From NCBI GenBank assembly GCA_031414955.1, contig JANOQV010000140.1:1-26365 (forward strand): DNA of 26,365 nucleotides. Reading direction: 5' to 3'. Of this stretch, positions 16,957 to 26,365 are shown piece by piece. How positions within the stretch are numbered: the stretch's first letter is position 1; each line of letters starts with the position of its first letter. The DNA is from Pedosphaera sp. Lineage in GTDB: Bacteria > Verrucomicrobiota > Verrucomicrobiia > Limisphaerales > SIBH01. Below the pieces are notes generated by a model. That model was not told the origin of the DNA. It did no database searches and saw only the letters and a program-made list of their open reading frames with translations. Made by a program: the position numbers and the translations under genes.

Positions 16957-18027
16957 CTAATCCAGGTGCGGGTAAAGAATCCGCCCCATCATTTTGAAAA
17001 CTGGTGAGGGCGTCAACTGCAACATCCGATTGGCCCAACTCGCTTTCTCCTCCCGGCCGGCGAGGAATTTTCCCTGGCGCAGGTCATGGCGGTAATAGCG
17101 GATGGTCTGTTCACCAGCCCCGAACCCGCGCTTGAAGCGCCGCAGCCCCTCGTTGGTCAGCGCGCTCCGGCCCATGGAAAAGGTGGCGAAGCCGCGGGCG
17201 GCGAACCACTGGATGGCGGCCCACATCACGAGATCATTTCCGCGCAGATTCAGTCCGGCCGGATCGGAAGCGCCAAACTTGTAGATGGCGGTGCGACCGT
17301 GGTGCAGGAAGATGCCGGCCGCGACCAATCGCTCCTCGTGCCAGGCTTCCAGGATGAATCCGTGCTTCGTTTGGAACAGGTGTTCCACGATGCTTTGGAA
17401 AAATGAGAAAGGCTGGGGCGGCACGCCATGCTTGCGCCGCGTGACGCAGTGTAAGTCGTAGTAGCTGCGCATGGCTTCCAGCGAGGTGGCGATCCTCGTG
17501 GTGACGCCCGACTTTTCGGCCTTGCGGATGGCCCGTCGCACGCTCGATTCCAGTCCGTCCGACAACGCTCCCAACTCCACCGTGAGATCCAGCGTATGCC
17601 CGGCGTATTCAGCCCACGGCGTAGCCGGAGCCTGGCCGGGAATCGCGCCGCGAATTTCGAGGTGCTTCCAATGCCGCTCCCGCCCCAGTTCCAGTGCCTG
17701 CTCGAACAATCCCAAGCCCCCGTAGGGGGCCTCATGAAGCACACCGCATTCATCCGAGAAGGGCAGCGCCACGCCCCGACGTCCAGTCAGAGGGCTGTTG
17801 ATCTCCATGATCGGCAGTAATGCGAGCGCCTGGTCTCCCTCCATGTCGGCGAGGTAAAACGGCTTGTGCCCATAGCTCCCGTGCAGCACCCGGGACCAGC
17901 CCTCGCCATGGAAGATGGAAGCGGCGGGATGGGCTGAGAGCAGCTCATCCCAACCGCTGTCCTGCAAAGGGTTGAACGTGCGAATGGAACGCCGGGCCGG
18001 AGATGAAGTTGGCGACGAGGCAGTCAC
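16957..18027 (-). CDS. FemAB-like / GNAT (Acetyltransf_6-type) protein
   Basis: SIFHGEGW, LPFSDECG, RRAIRKAEKSGV, GLRRFKRGFG; typical of envelope-polysaccharide loci. Confidence 0.85.
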   Translation of the reverse strand: MTASSPTSSPARRSIRTFNPLQDSGWDELLSAHPAASIFHGEGWSRVLHGSYGHKPFYLADMEGDQALALLPIMEINSPLTGRRGVALPFSDECGVLHEAPYGGLGLFEQALELGRERHWKHLEIRGAIPGQAPATPWAEYAGHTLDLTVELGALSDGLESSVRRAIRKAEKSGVTTRIATSLEAMRSYYDLHCVTRRKHGVPPQPFSFFQSIVEHLFQTKHGFILEAWHEERLVAAGIFLHHGRTAIYKFGASDPAGLNLRGNDLVMWAAIQWFAARGFATFSMGRSALTNEGLRRFKRGFGAGEQTIRYYRHDLRQGKFLAGREEKASWANRMLQLTPSPVFKMMGRILYPHLD

Positions 18028-18258
18028 GAAGGCGTCGGAAGCGGGCTTGGAAAACCCGTCTCACCGAGGTGCGTAAAATCTGCGCAATGAAGCATGGGCC
18101 TTTCGATACATTTTCGCGCCCGGCTGTTCAAGCCAAGAAACCTGCGCGGCGAGGCGAATTGCCCCGGTCCAAGGTTAGGGGATTCCCAGAGTCCAAAATG
18201 GTTCCGCCACGACCGGACTATGGAGGTGGTTCCGGCGGTGCGCGCGGCGCGCGACCGC

Positions 18259-21200
18259 TCATGGCCGGAGCAGAATCTTGTAGAGGCGCTGGGTGTTGGT
18301 TCCCACCGGATCAGTGAGGGTGGCCGAGGCGTTAGTCGCGGCCATGTTCGTGGCCAGCACGGACCAATCGAGTTCGACCAGAGCGTTCTTGAATAGCACA
18401 TCATAGTTTCTTCCCGCCACGGCGTTCCAGCTCAGCGTCACCACCGCGTCGGTCAGGGCGATGGAGGCAGTCATATCGGGCGAGACCACCACCACCTCGA
18501 AGCTCTTCGCATCCTCCAGCGCGGGCGTGCCGCCGTCGGTGGCACGCAGGACGAAGGTGTTCGTGCCGAGGTTGTTCGCGGTCCAGGAGAACAATCCGCT
18601 GGCCGCGTGGACGCTCGCGCCGGGGGGCGGAAACACGCCGAAGTCGAAGGTGATGGTCTGCGCGGGCAGGTCGGCGTCCGTCGCTGTGGCGGTAAACGAA
18701 ACGACTTCGCCGAGTAGCGTGGTGCGGTTCGTCATCGCGGCCAGGACTGGCGTCGTGTTGCTCTCGTTCACGATGATGAGTATCGCCGCCGAGTTGCTCA
18801 ACGCCGGCGTGCCATTGTCCTGCACGCGCACGATGACGGTGTAGGCTCCCGGTCCTTGCGCCTCGGAGGGCTGCCAGGTGAAGACGCCACTGGTCGGATT
18901 GATCCCAGCCCCCGCCGGACGCGACAACGGATCGAGGCTGAAGGCCAGCGGTTGGGCCGGCACATCAGAGTCCGCCGCCAGCGCCGTGAAGGTGAACACG
19001 GAACCCTCACCTACCAATCCGTCGCCGGGAATGCTCAGGCTCGGCGCGTTGTTCGTCTCCAGCACCGTCACGAGGAAGGTCTGCGTGGCACTCAGCGGAG
19101 GCAGTCCGTTGTCCTGCACCCTCACGCTGAACTCGTGATTGGTGCCGCCTTGCGACTCGTCGGGAATCCAGCCGAACACGCCGTCCGTGGCGCCGATGAT
19201 CGCGCCCGCCGGAGCGCCGGGCAGGAATGACCAGGTCAACGTCTGGCCGGGCAGGTTGGCGTCGCTGGCCAGGACAGTGAAGGCGAGGATGCCGCCCTCG
19301 GCCACCGTCTTGTCGCCGATCGGATTGAGCACCGGCGCAACATTGGGCAGCGGATAATAGTTCGCCGCGCGCGGCGTGGTGTTGGTCAGGAAGAAGGTCG
19401 GCGGGCCGGCATCCGGGAAGCGTCCCTGCGTGACGTCGGCTTGCTGCAAGCCAAAGGTCACCGCATCGATCTGAAGCCCGTCGGGCGTGAAGAGGCCGAT
19501 GGCTTCGCCCGTCCTCGCCAGACCGAAATCCACATGCAGGTCCGCGCGGTTGGTGGCGTTCTGCCCGGCCTCGCTGTCCGCCCAGACCAGCAGGTAGCCG
19601 TGCGGCGGGATGTAATAGCCGGGCGGGATCTGATATTTGAATTTGTTGGTCAGCGTGTCGGTGAGGTAATAGCCGGCCAGGCTCACGGTGTTGCTGCCGG
19701 GATTGTGCAGCTCGAACCAGTCCTCGTAATTGTCGTCCGCCGGATCAGCCAGCGCGCCCACGTTGTCCGCCATCCATTCGTTGATGAACACCGCGACCGG
19801 CGGCAACGTGCCGTTGTTGGTCGCGCCCGCCGTCACGTAATACATCTCGAAGCGGGTGAAGGGCTGTCCGTCCGGATACGAGCCGAAGGAGTGATCGAGC
19901 CCCGCCACGTAGTTCACATGGTCGATGACCTGCAGCTCGCCCGCGTTGGGCCGCGACAGCGCGACCGAGCCGGAGCCGGACGCGAGGCGGAAGCCGGCGT
20001 GCAGTTCACCGGACGTGGTCTCGTTCGTTTCGCCGTCGCAGAAGACGATCTTGAACTGGCCGGCATTGACGACGTGACCGGACGGGAAAGCCCACTGCGC
20101 GAGCACGGTGTAATTCGAGGCGAGGAACAGTCCGTCCAGCGACACGGCGTTCGTGCCGGGATTGTGAATCTCGATCCACGGCTCGCGTTCGCTGGCCGTG
20201 TCGAGCGGCCCGGTCAGATTCCCGGCCTGCACTTCATTGATCCACAAGTTGGGGAAGACCGGCAGCGTGCGGGTCATGGCGTTGGAAGCGCCGGGCGTGC
20301 CCAGGCTGCCGAGGGCCACGACCTGGCGGTTGATGTTGGTCGTGACGTTCAAGGGGCCGCTGTTCTGGAGCTTGACCGTGAGATTGGTCGCGGAGTTGGT
20401 GGAGTAAAACCAGAAGCTCAAGGTATGCACCGCGTTGGTCAGCGGCGCGGGGGAAAGCAACTGCGAGATGAGGCGCGGACTGGCGTTGCCAAACGTGGCG
20501 CAGACCATCTTCAGCGCACCCGTGCCGCTGTGAACCACGTCGCCAGTGATCACAGTGTTGGTGTAATTGGTCCCCACGTTCCAACTGTTGGTCACGGGCG
20601 ACACCTCCAGCAGCGGCCCCGTTTCAAAATCGCCGTTGCGCACGTAGTTGGGGCCCACGCCCGCCACGGTGCCCGCCACGACGGCGATGTCATCGACCAC
20701 GCCGACGGCACCGTTGATTTCGCCATTGCCGAAGTTGAGGGTCAGCCGCATCTGGTTGCCGCCCACGCCCGGTCCGGCAATGCCGGTGGCGACGACGAAG
20801 CGCCAGCCTTCGTTGACCGCCTGCACCGCGCCCCAGTTGCCCACGCGCCGCGTGTCCTGCGCCGCGTCGATCAATTGCAACGACACGCCGCCGCCGCCGC
20901 CCGGCCAGGGCAACGCGCCTTCATAACGAACCTTGTCCACCACGAGATCCAACTCCGGAGTCGCGCCTGGTTTGACCAACGTGAGCGTCTCGCCCCCCGT
21001 TTGTAGATTGCCGGGATAAATGTCGTAGGGCGTCACGTTCGTGCCATAAGCCGCCGCAAACGCCACCCGATCCTTTGCCAGCACCAGGTAAGTGCGCGGG
21101 CTGAAGATCGTGCCGTCGGGGAAGGTGTAGCCGAGGCCATCCAGCCGCCAGTTCGAGAGATCAAAGGTCGTGTTGGTGGACGTGTTGAACAGCTCCACGA

Positions 21201-24200
21201 ACTCCGCGTCCGGCCAGGGCGGCTGCGACATGATCTCGTTGATGACCAGAAAATCCTGCGGCGGCGCGGGCGGGGCCGTGACTGTGACCGTGATGGTGTC
21301 CATGCTGTTGCTGAAGGCGTTGCCGTAATGATCACGCGCCACCAGGTTGAGCACGTTGGTGCCGGAGGGCAGGGCAAGGACGAGGCTCCAGTTGGTCGTG
21401 GTGCTCCAGGTCAGCGCGTAGGTCACGCCGTTAATCTCGATGCTGTCCACTTGAAGCGGGCCGCGACCATTGAGCGTGACCACGTTGTTGGCGTTGGTGA
21501 AGTCATTGCCGGAGTTGCTCTGAATCTCGAACGTCGCCGTGTTGTTCGTGGCCAGGGCGTTGAGCAGCACCACGCGCTTGGCCGCGATGTGCGTCTTGAT
21601 CGCGGACGGACTGGCCACGCCCGCGCCCGCCGCGACCATGCCGGCATAACGTGCGTCGATGATCGTGTCCGAGCGCGTGGGCAGCATCATGCCGTGGGCC
21701 GCTTCGAGCAGCGTCTGCCAATAGATACGGTTGAAGGGCGTGTGATCATTGCGCGGCCCGTGATCCGCGCCGCCGATGCCGGTCAGGTTGGAATCGCTGC
21801 CCGTCCCGCCAAAGGCGAAGTCCACGTCCCAGAGCAGCAGATTCCAGCGACCGTGCGACGGACGGTACATGAAGGCGTTCTGACCGCCGCCATACGAGAA
21901 GCTGTCCGTGTTGTTAATCAGATGCTGCGTCACATCAGTCTTGTACCACTCGCGCACGTCGAAGGAGTTCGTCAGCGTGGTCGTGTAGAGAGCCGTGTTG
22001 AGCGCCGCCGCCGTCATGGCGGCATTCACCAGTCCGTACACATTGGTGTAATTGTTTTGCTCCAAGGGCGAGGCCGAGCGCCAGGGCAGGGTGGCGCGGT
22101 AGCGGGCCATCTTGAACGCCCCGCCCGTGGTCGTGTAGCGGTTGAAGTTCGCCCCCACTGTCCCGTAGCCCGCCTCGCCGTTGCCGTAAGCCGTGTCGCC
22201 AAACTCGAACCCAATCTGAATCTTGTGCAGCTCGCCGTCGGCATCATCCGGAAACCACTGGTCCACGAAGTCGCCGTTGGGCTGCTGCGCGTCGTGCATG
22301 ATGGTGGTGTTGCGCCGTTGCCCGTTCACGTAGAGGAAGACCGGACGGTGGTAGAGGAACGGATTGCCGAACTGCCCGCCGAACCAATAGGCGTGAATCT
22401 CCTTCTGGCCCGTGGTGTCGCCGCCGCCGTTGCCGGGGCGGAAGAGATTGAGGTCCGTCTCGCCGAAGAGCCGCTCGTCCGGCGCGAAGCCCAGATCGTA
22501 ATCGCAGTTGTTGCCCACCGGCGAATTGTAGGCCGGCGAATGATACGGGCTGCCGTGGAACCACGCCCCCATGTTGTAGAACACCCGGTTCGTGCCATAG
22601 ATGAAGGTCGCGTCCTTGGGTTTGTTGCTCATCTTTTCCTCCGCCACCCAACGGTCGATGGTGCGCTGCGTAAGCCAGAAGCGATACGTGGGCAACGTGC
22701 CGGGAATGTTCACGTCGCCCCACTCGAGCACGCACTCGCGCGCCGGCGCGTCGTTCGGGAAAGTCGGCCCCGTGCCCGGACTGAGCCGGTCCGTGGCCTG
22801 GAGGTGGAAGGCCGCGAAGACATTGCTGGCCTGGCCGGGAATCACCGCGCTGAACAACCCCGCGCCGTTGTTGGTCATGGCCAGCGCGATGAAGTTCGTG
22901 GATGGCTCCACGCGATACTTCAAGAGCAACGTCGCCAGCCCGTCCGGGTCCTCCACCCGCGCCGTCACCAGCACGGGCGTGTTGGTCGCGGGCAGGGCCG
23001 GCCAGTGCGCCACCGCCGTGATGGCCGGACCCGCATTCGTGGTCGCGGTCGAGTTCACCGCGCCGGGCGTGCCGAGATTCTTGGCCGTGACCATGTAGCC
23101 GGGCGCTTCCATGTAATTGCCACGCACCCGGAGCAGGATGTTCGGGTTGCCTTTCAGCCAGCGCACCTTGGCCCGGATCGTCACCGTCGTGCCGCTGGCG
23201 ATGGCGAAAGGCAGTTCGCAGCGCACCCGGTTCGCGCCGCTGTCCCCGCGCCCGGTCGCGCGCAAATGCAGCGAGCTGGTGCTCAGGTAGCCGGCCTCCG
23301 CGTCCCGCCCGGATTCGTTGTGGTTGCCCTGGAAGGTCCACCCGGCTGAATCCGTCTCGAAGCCGGTGTTGCCGATCAGGTTCGTGACGAAGTTCACCTG
23401 GATGAGTTCGACGTAGTCCACCAGCGCCTCGCCCGCGCCGAGCAGCGTGAGGTGGAGTTGGTGCGCCGTCTGCCACCCGTTGTCCATCACGCCCGTCGCT
23501 TCCACCGTGATCCACTGGCTCTTCGCGGTCTCGATGCTGTCCGCCCAGTTCGGCGCCAGCCGGCGGTTGCTCCGCCAGTCCTTGAGTTCCAGACTGCTCC
23601 CCCCGCCCGCCGCCCATTTGCCCCAGCGCCCGCCGTCCGCGTACGTCACCTCGTCCATCACGATGTGAATGGTGTTCGTCGAGACCACGCCCTGGCCGTT
23701 GGTGCTCACGATGGTGTCGGGCTTGGTCAGCGCCATGCGTTCGCCGCTGTCCTTCAACGTGCCCTCCCAATCGCCCAGGCAATTGTTCGTCGTGAGCGTG
23801 AGGTAATTGGACCGCAGCAGCGTCGCCTTGGCCGCGAGGACCAGATAGCCGTGGGCGGGAATGACCGTGCCGCTGGGGATGGTGAACTTCACTCCATCCT
23901 TGATCCGCCACTTGCCCACGTTCACCGCGTTGCTGCCGGGGTTGAACAGCTCGATGTATTCCTCGTCGCTGTTCTTGGTCACGGGGTCATACATGATTTC
24001 ATTGATCACGATGACCGGCGTGCGGTGACGCGCGTTGGCGGCTCCGGGCGTCTTGCTCTGGAGGCGATGAAGCTCCGTCCCGCCATCCGGGAAGCGCCCC
24101 GTGGCCACGCCGTTCTCTTGCGCCTCGAAGCGCACGCAATCCAGCACGCGGGTGTTCTGAGGGTTCTTCAGGTAAACCGTCTCGCCCTCCGCGCTCAGGC

Positions 24201-26109
24201 CGAAGCCGAGATCCGTCTCGGTGTAAACCACGAAGCCATTCGCCGGGATGATCGTGCCCGGCGGGATGACAAACTTGTTCGTCCCCGCGTCATCTGTCAG
24301 CACGCAGCCCGCGAGGTCCACGCTCTCCGTCGAGTAATTGAACAGCTCGAGATAATCCAAGTCGGGCCAATCGGTGTGCGCCAGGAACTCATTGATCATC
24401 ACCGTGCGATACGGGTTGGCGCTGGCCACTTCGTTCGTGCCGGGCGTGCCGCCGATCACGTCACTGGCCAGCCACGCGCGCGCATCACCTTCGCCGTAAC
24501 TCGGACGCGCCAGCACCAGCGAATGCCCCGCGCCATCCGCCGCCGCGGGGAAGGGGACAGCACCCGCGTAATCCATCTCGAACATCACCGCATCCGCCTT
24601 GTTCCGCAGGCGCAGCGTGCCCTCGCTGTTGTTGAGCGCCCCGGCCCACGGCCCCAGCACGCCGCTCGTCCCGTACACCGCCAGCACATCCGCCGGCACC
24701 GCCGCGATCACCGCGTAGCTGCGCGCGCCGAGCACGAAGTTGCTGGGGAAGGTGTAAGCAACCTCGCCGCTGAGGCGCCAGCCGCCCAGTTCCTCGAACC
24801 ACGGACTGCTGTTGAAGACCTCGATGAACTCCACGTTGCGCCCATCGAACCGATTCGTCGGATGATACATCACCTCCGAGATCGTGAGCGCCCCGCGCCG
24901 CGTCGAGGGTCCGGGCGGTTCGCTCTGCGGCTTCAAGTAACCCACGTCGAGCGGACGGCTCGCGAGGAGGAACGCCGCCTCCGTGTTCGGCGCAATCGTG
25001 TTCGGCGTCTGCGCTCGGTCCCGCACGTTGCTCACGCGCAAGGTGTAGTCCACCCCCGCCGCCATCGGCGTCGTGGTCAGCACCACCGTGCGACTGTCCA
25101 CGCCCATCGCCGCCGTCAGCACGCTCACGCCATTGCTGATGTTGTAATTCCCCGCCCCCGTGGCCGTCGCCACCTCCACCGGCTCCGCGAACACTACCGT
25201 GAGCAAATCCAAATCGCCCAGACCGCCCACGCTCGCCAGGGCCGGCGGCGTCGTGTCCGCCAGCACGGTGAGGGTGAAGTTAGTCGTGAAGGCGGCCCCG
25301 GCCAGATTGCTCGCCCCGAACCGGAACGTCGCTCCGTGATCCGCCAGCGTCAGGACCGGGGTGAGATAATTCGTCGCCGTCGCGCCGGGCAGGTTCGTCC
25401 CGTTGCGTTGCCACTGCTGCGCGGCGCTGAACCCGTGAATGAACGCCACCGAAAAACTCGGCTGGCTGCCCTCCACCACCGTGAGGTTCGCCGGCTGCTG
25501 CGTGAAGACCGGCGGCACCACGCCCACCGGCACGCACCGCACCGCCGGGATGGGCGCGTTCGTATCCGCCGGCACTTCCCACCCGCCGCCCGGCAACTGC
25601 CAGCGCACGCTCAGGTTGTCCCCGCCCGTGCCCTCCTTCTGCAACGCCTCCAGGTAATACTGTTGCCCGCCGACCAGCGTGATGGGTGCCGACTGCTGAT
25701 TCGTCTCCTTGGTCCACTGCTTCCAGGTCGTGCTGCTGTTGACCGTGGCGATGAGGCGCTTGCTCGCCGCGTCGCTGTTCGTGCCCAGATAAAGCACGCT
25801 GTTGTCATCACTCGCGATCCAGAACGTGTATTCGCCCGAGGCCGGCGGCGTGATCAGCGCCCGCAGCCGCGTGCCATAGTTGTCGAGGATGTTGACCGCG
25901 CAATCCAGGTTGGTCGTCAACACCTCCTCGATTCCGGGCGAGTTCGGGAAGCTCGCGGCGTTGGTCAACAACGCCACCGTGCTGCCCGTGATGTTCAGAT
26001 AAACCTCGCGAGTGATGCCATTGGAAGACTGGGCGCGCAGCGTCAGTGGAAGTAAAAACATGGCCGTGAGAACGGCCATGACGTGGGCGGCGTTTGGGCG
26101 CAATCGCAT
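18259..26109 (-). CDS. Giant secreted protein (~2616 aa): PA14, Ig-like, six lamin-tail domains, CotH kinase, three Ig/cadherin-like repeats
   Basis: Signal peptide from MRLRPN; PA14 (YTFWIASDD, YYLEALQKEGTGGD); LTD starts ISEVMY, INEFLA, INEIMY, INEIMS, INEVQA, INEWMA; CotH-like NNTDS..QNAFMY..WDVDFAFG; three N.(A/T)P.L...G.F.W repeats. Confidence 0.9.
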   Translation of the reverse strand: MRLRPNAAHVMAVLTAMFLLPLTLRAQSSNGITREVYLNITGSTVALLTNAASFPNSPGIEEVLTTNLDCAVNILDNYGTRLRALITPPASGEYTFWIASDDNSVLYLGTNSDAASKRLIATVNSSTTWKQWTKETNQQSAPITLVGGQQYYLEALQKEGTGGDNLSVRWQLPGGGWEVPADTNAPIPAVRCVPVGVVPPVFTQQPANLTVVEGSQPSFSVAFIHGFSAAQQWQRNGTNLPGATATNYLTPVLTLADHGATFRFGASNLAGAAFTTNFTLTVLADTTPPALASVGGLGDLDLLTVVFAEPVEVATATGAGNYNISNGVSVLTAAMGVDSRTVVLTTTPMAAGVDYTLRVSNVRDRAQTPNTIAPNTEAAFLLASRPLDVGYLKPQSEPPGPSTRRGALTISEVMYHPTNRFDGRNVEFIEVFNSSPWFEELGGWRLSGEVAYTFPSNFVLGARSYAVIAAVPADVLAVYGTSGVLGPWAGALNNSEGTLRLRNKADAVMFEMDYAGAVPFPAAADGAGHSLVLARPSYGEGDARAWLASDVIGGTPGTNEVASANPYRTVMINEFLAHTDWPDLDYLELFNYSTESVDLAGCVLTDDAGTNKFVIPPGTIIPANGFVVYTETDLGFGLSAEGETVYLKNPQNTRVLDCVRFEAQENGVATGRFPDGGTELHRLQSKTPGAANARHRTPVIVINEIMYDPVTKNSDEEYIELFNPGSNAVNVGKWRIKDGVKFTIPSGTVIPAHGYLVLAAKATLLRSNYLTLTTNNCLGDWEGTLKDSGERMALTKPDTIVSTNGQGVVSTNTIHIVMDEVTYADGGRWGKWAAGGGSSLELKDWRSNRRLAPNWADSIETAKSQWITVEATGVMDNGWQTAHQLHLTLLGAGEALVDYVELIQVNFVTNLIGNTGFETDSAGWTFQGNHNESGRDAEAGYLSTSSLHLRATGRGDSGANRVRCELPFAIASGTTVTIRAKVRWLKGNPNILLRVRGNYMEAPGYMVTAKNLGTPGAVNSTATTNAGPAITAVAHWPALPATNTPVLVTARVEDPDGLATLLLKYRVEPSTNFIALAMTNNGAGLFSAVIPGQASNVFAAFHLQATDRLSPGTGPTFPNDAPARECVLEWGDVNIPGTLPTYRFWLTQRTIDRWVAEEKMSNKPKDATFIYGTNRVFYNMGAWFHGSPYHSPAYNSPVGNNCDYDLGFAPDERLFGETDLNLFRPGNGGGDTTGQKEIHAYWFGGQFGNPFLYHRPVFLYVNGQRRNTTIMHDAQQPNGDFVDQWFPDDADGELHKIQIGFEFGDTAYGNGEAGYGTVGANFNRYTTTGGAFKMARYRATLPWRSASPLEQNNYTNVYGLVNAAMTAAALNTALYTTTLTNSFDVREWYKTDVTQHLINNTDSFSYGGGQNAFMYRPSHGRWNLLLWDVDFAFGGTGSDSNLTGIGGADHGPRNDHTPFNRIYWQTLLEAAHGMMLPTRSDTIIDARYAGMVAAGAGVASPSAIKTHIAAKRVVLLNALATNNTATFEIQSNSGNDFTNANNVVTLNGRGPLQVDSIEINGVTYALTWSTTTNWSLVLALPSGTNVLNLVARDHYGNAFSNSMDTITVTVTAPPAPPQDFLVINEIMSQPPWPDAEFVELFNTSTNTTFDLSNWRLDGLGYTFPDGTIFSPRTYLVLAKDRVAFAAAYGTNVTPYDIYPGNLQTGGETLTLVKPGATPELDLVVDKVRYEGALPWPGGGGGVSLQLIDAAQDTRRVGNWGAVQAVNEGWRFVVATGIAGPGVGGNQMRLTLNFGNGEINGAVGVVDDIAVVAGTVAGVGPNYVRNGDFETGPLLEVSPVTNSWNVGTNYTNTVITGDVVHSGTGALKMVCATFGNASPRLISQLLSPAPLTNAVHTLSFWFYSTNSATNLTVKLQNSGPLNVTTNINRQVVALGSLGTPGASNAMTRTLPVFPNLWINEVQAGNLTGPLDTASEREPWIEIHNPGTNAVSLDGLFLASNYTVLAQWAFPSGHVVNAGQFKIVFCDGETNETTSGELHAGFRLASGSGSVALSRPNAGELQVIDHVNYVAGLDHSFGSYPDGQPFTRFEMYYVTAGATNNGTLPPVAVFINEWMADNVGALADPADDNYEDWFELHNPGSNTVSLAGYYLTDTLTNKFKYQIPPGYYIPPHGYLLVWADSEAGQNATNRADLHVDFGLARTGEAIGLFTPDGLQIDAVTFGLQQADVTQGRFPDAGPPTFFLTNTTPRAANYYPLPNVAPVLNPIGDKTVAEGGILAFTVLASDANLPGQTLTWSFLPGAPAGAIIGATDGVFGWIPDESQGGTNHEFSVRVQDNGLPPLSATQTFLVTVLETNNAPSLSIPGDGLVGEGSVFTFTALAADSDVPAQPLAFSLDPLSRPAGAGINPTSGVFTWQPSEAQGPGAYTVIVRVQDNGTPALSNSAAILIIVNESNTTPVLAAMTNRTTLLGEVVSFTATATDADLPAQTITFDFGVFPPPGASVHAASGLFSWTANNLGTNTFVLRATDGGTPALEDAKSFEVVVVSPDMTASIALTDAVVTLSWNAVAGRNYDVLFKNALVELDWSVLATNMAATNASATLTDPVGTNTQRLYKILLRP

Positions 26110-26220
26110 AGTGATTCCGCCCACCGTAACATTCCCGTCACCTGCACCCAAGCACTCTCCTGCCTCCTGCCATGTTACCTGTTGAAGCGCCCTCCCCGAC
26201 CTTCCGGGCAGCAGCAGCCG

Positions 26221-26365
26221 AAACCCCAAACCCCAAGCTCCAAACCCCAAGCACCAGGGAAACCCCAAGTTCCCAAGCTCCCATCGGCCCCGGCACCTCG
26301 AGGCCACCGGCCCGATGAGGAGCTGGACCACCGGCTTGGAGCTTGGGGTTTGGAGCTTCTCTGGT
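26221..26365. repeat. Heptamer-based inverted repeat element (AAACCCC/AAGCTCC units), truncated at the right edge
   Basis: aaacccc aaacccc aagctcc aaacccc aagcacc... at 26221-26282; reverse-complement arm ttggagcttggggtttggagcttctctggt from 26336. Confidence 0.8.

Noticed and set aside
840..26055. Long antisense or alternate-frame ORFs (e.g. 840..2216, 3156..5429, 7118..8386, 13473..14726, 21328..23349, 23452..26055)
   Set aside because: Shadow ORFs of high-GC genes; no recognisable motifs and they overlap well-supported CDSs.
26110..26331. 74-aa N-terminal extension of the giant protein
   Set aside because: Runs through the heptamer repeat; the signal peptide follows ATG 26109.

Overview
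High-GC bacterial window, probably Verrucomicrobiota of the Pedosphaera/Limisphaera type (inferred from gene content and repeat style, not from a search). Housekeeping and envelope genes: a truncated secreted protein, a Tat-exported Gfo/Idh/MocA oxidoreductase, a C4 zinc-ribbon coiled-coil protein, a tricorn-like S41 protease, an RhlE-like DEAD-box helicase, pyruvate carboxylase (pyc), a CE4-like deacetylase, a FemAB/GNAT protein and a ~2.6k-aa PA14/lamin-tail/CotH surface protein. The most striking signal is that two core genes each have a second, diverged copy of their own 3' end downstream. The last 530 bp of pyc is repeated 3020 bp away (about 95% identical, mostly synonymous changes). The two copies bracket a 2.5 kb integrase-free cargo: a ParE/RelE toxin-antitoxin pair, REP-like palindromes, an orphan PvuII-like PD-(D/E)XK nuclease and a DUF5677-like gene. 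An MNT-HEPN pair sits just outside the repeat. About 51 bp near the oxidoreductase 3' end is likewise repeated 223 bp away, around an alternative C-terminal tail. This suggests recurrent 3'-end replacement as a route for acquiring accessory DNA. All counts are by hand; no database searches were run.
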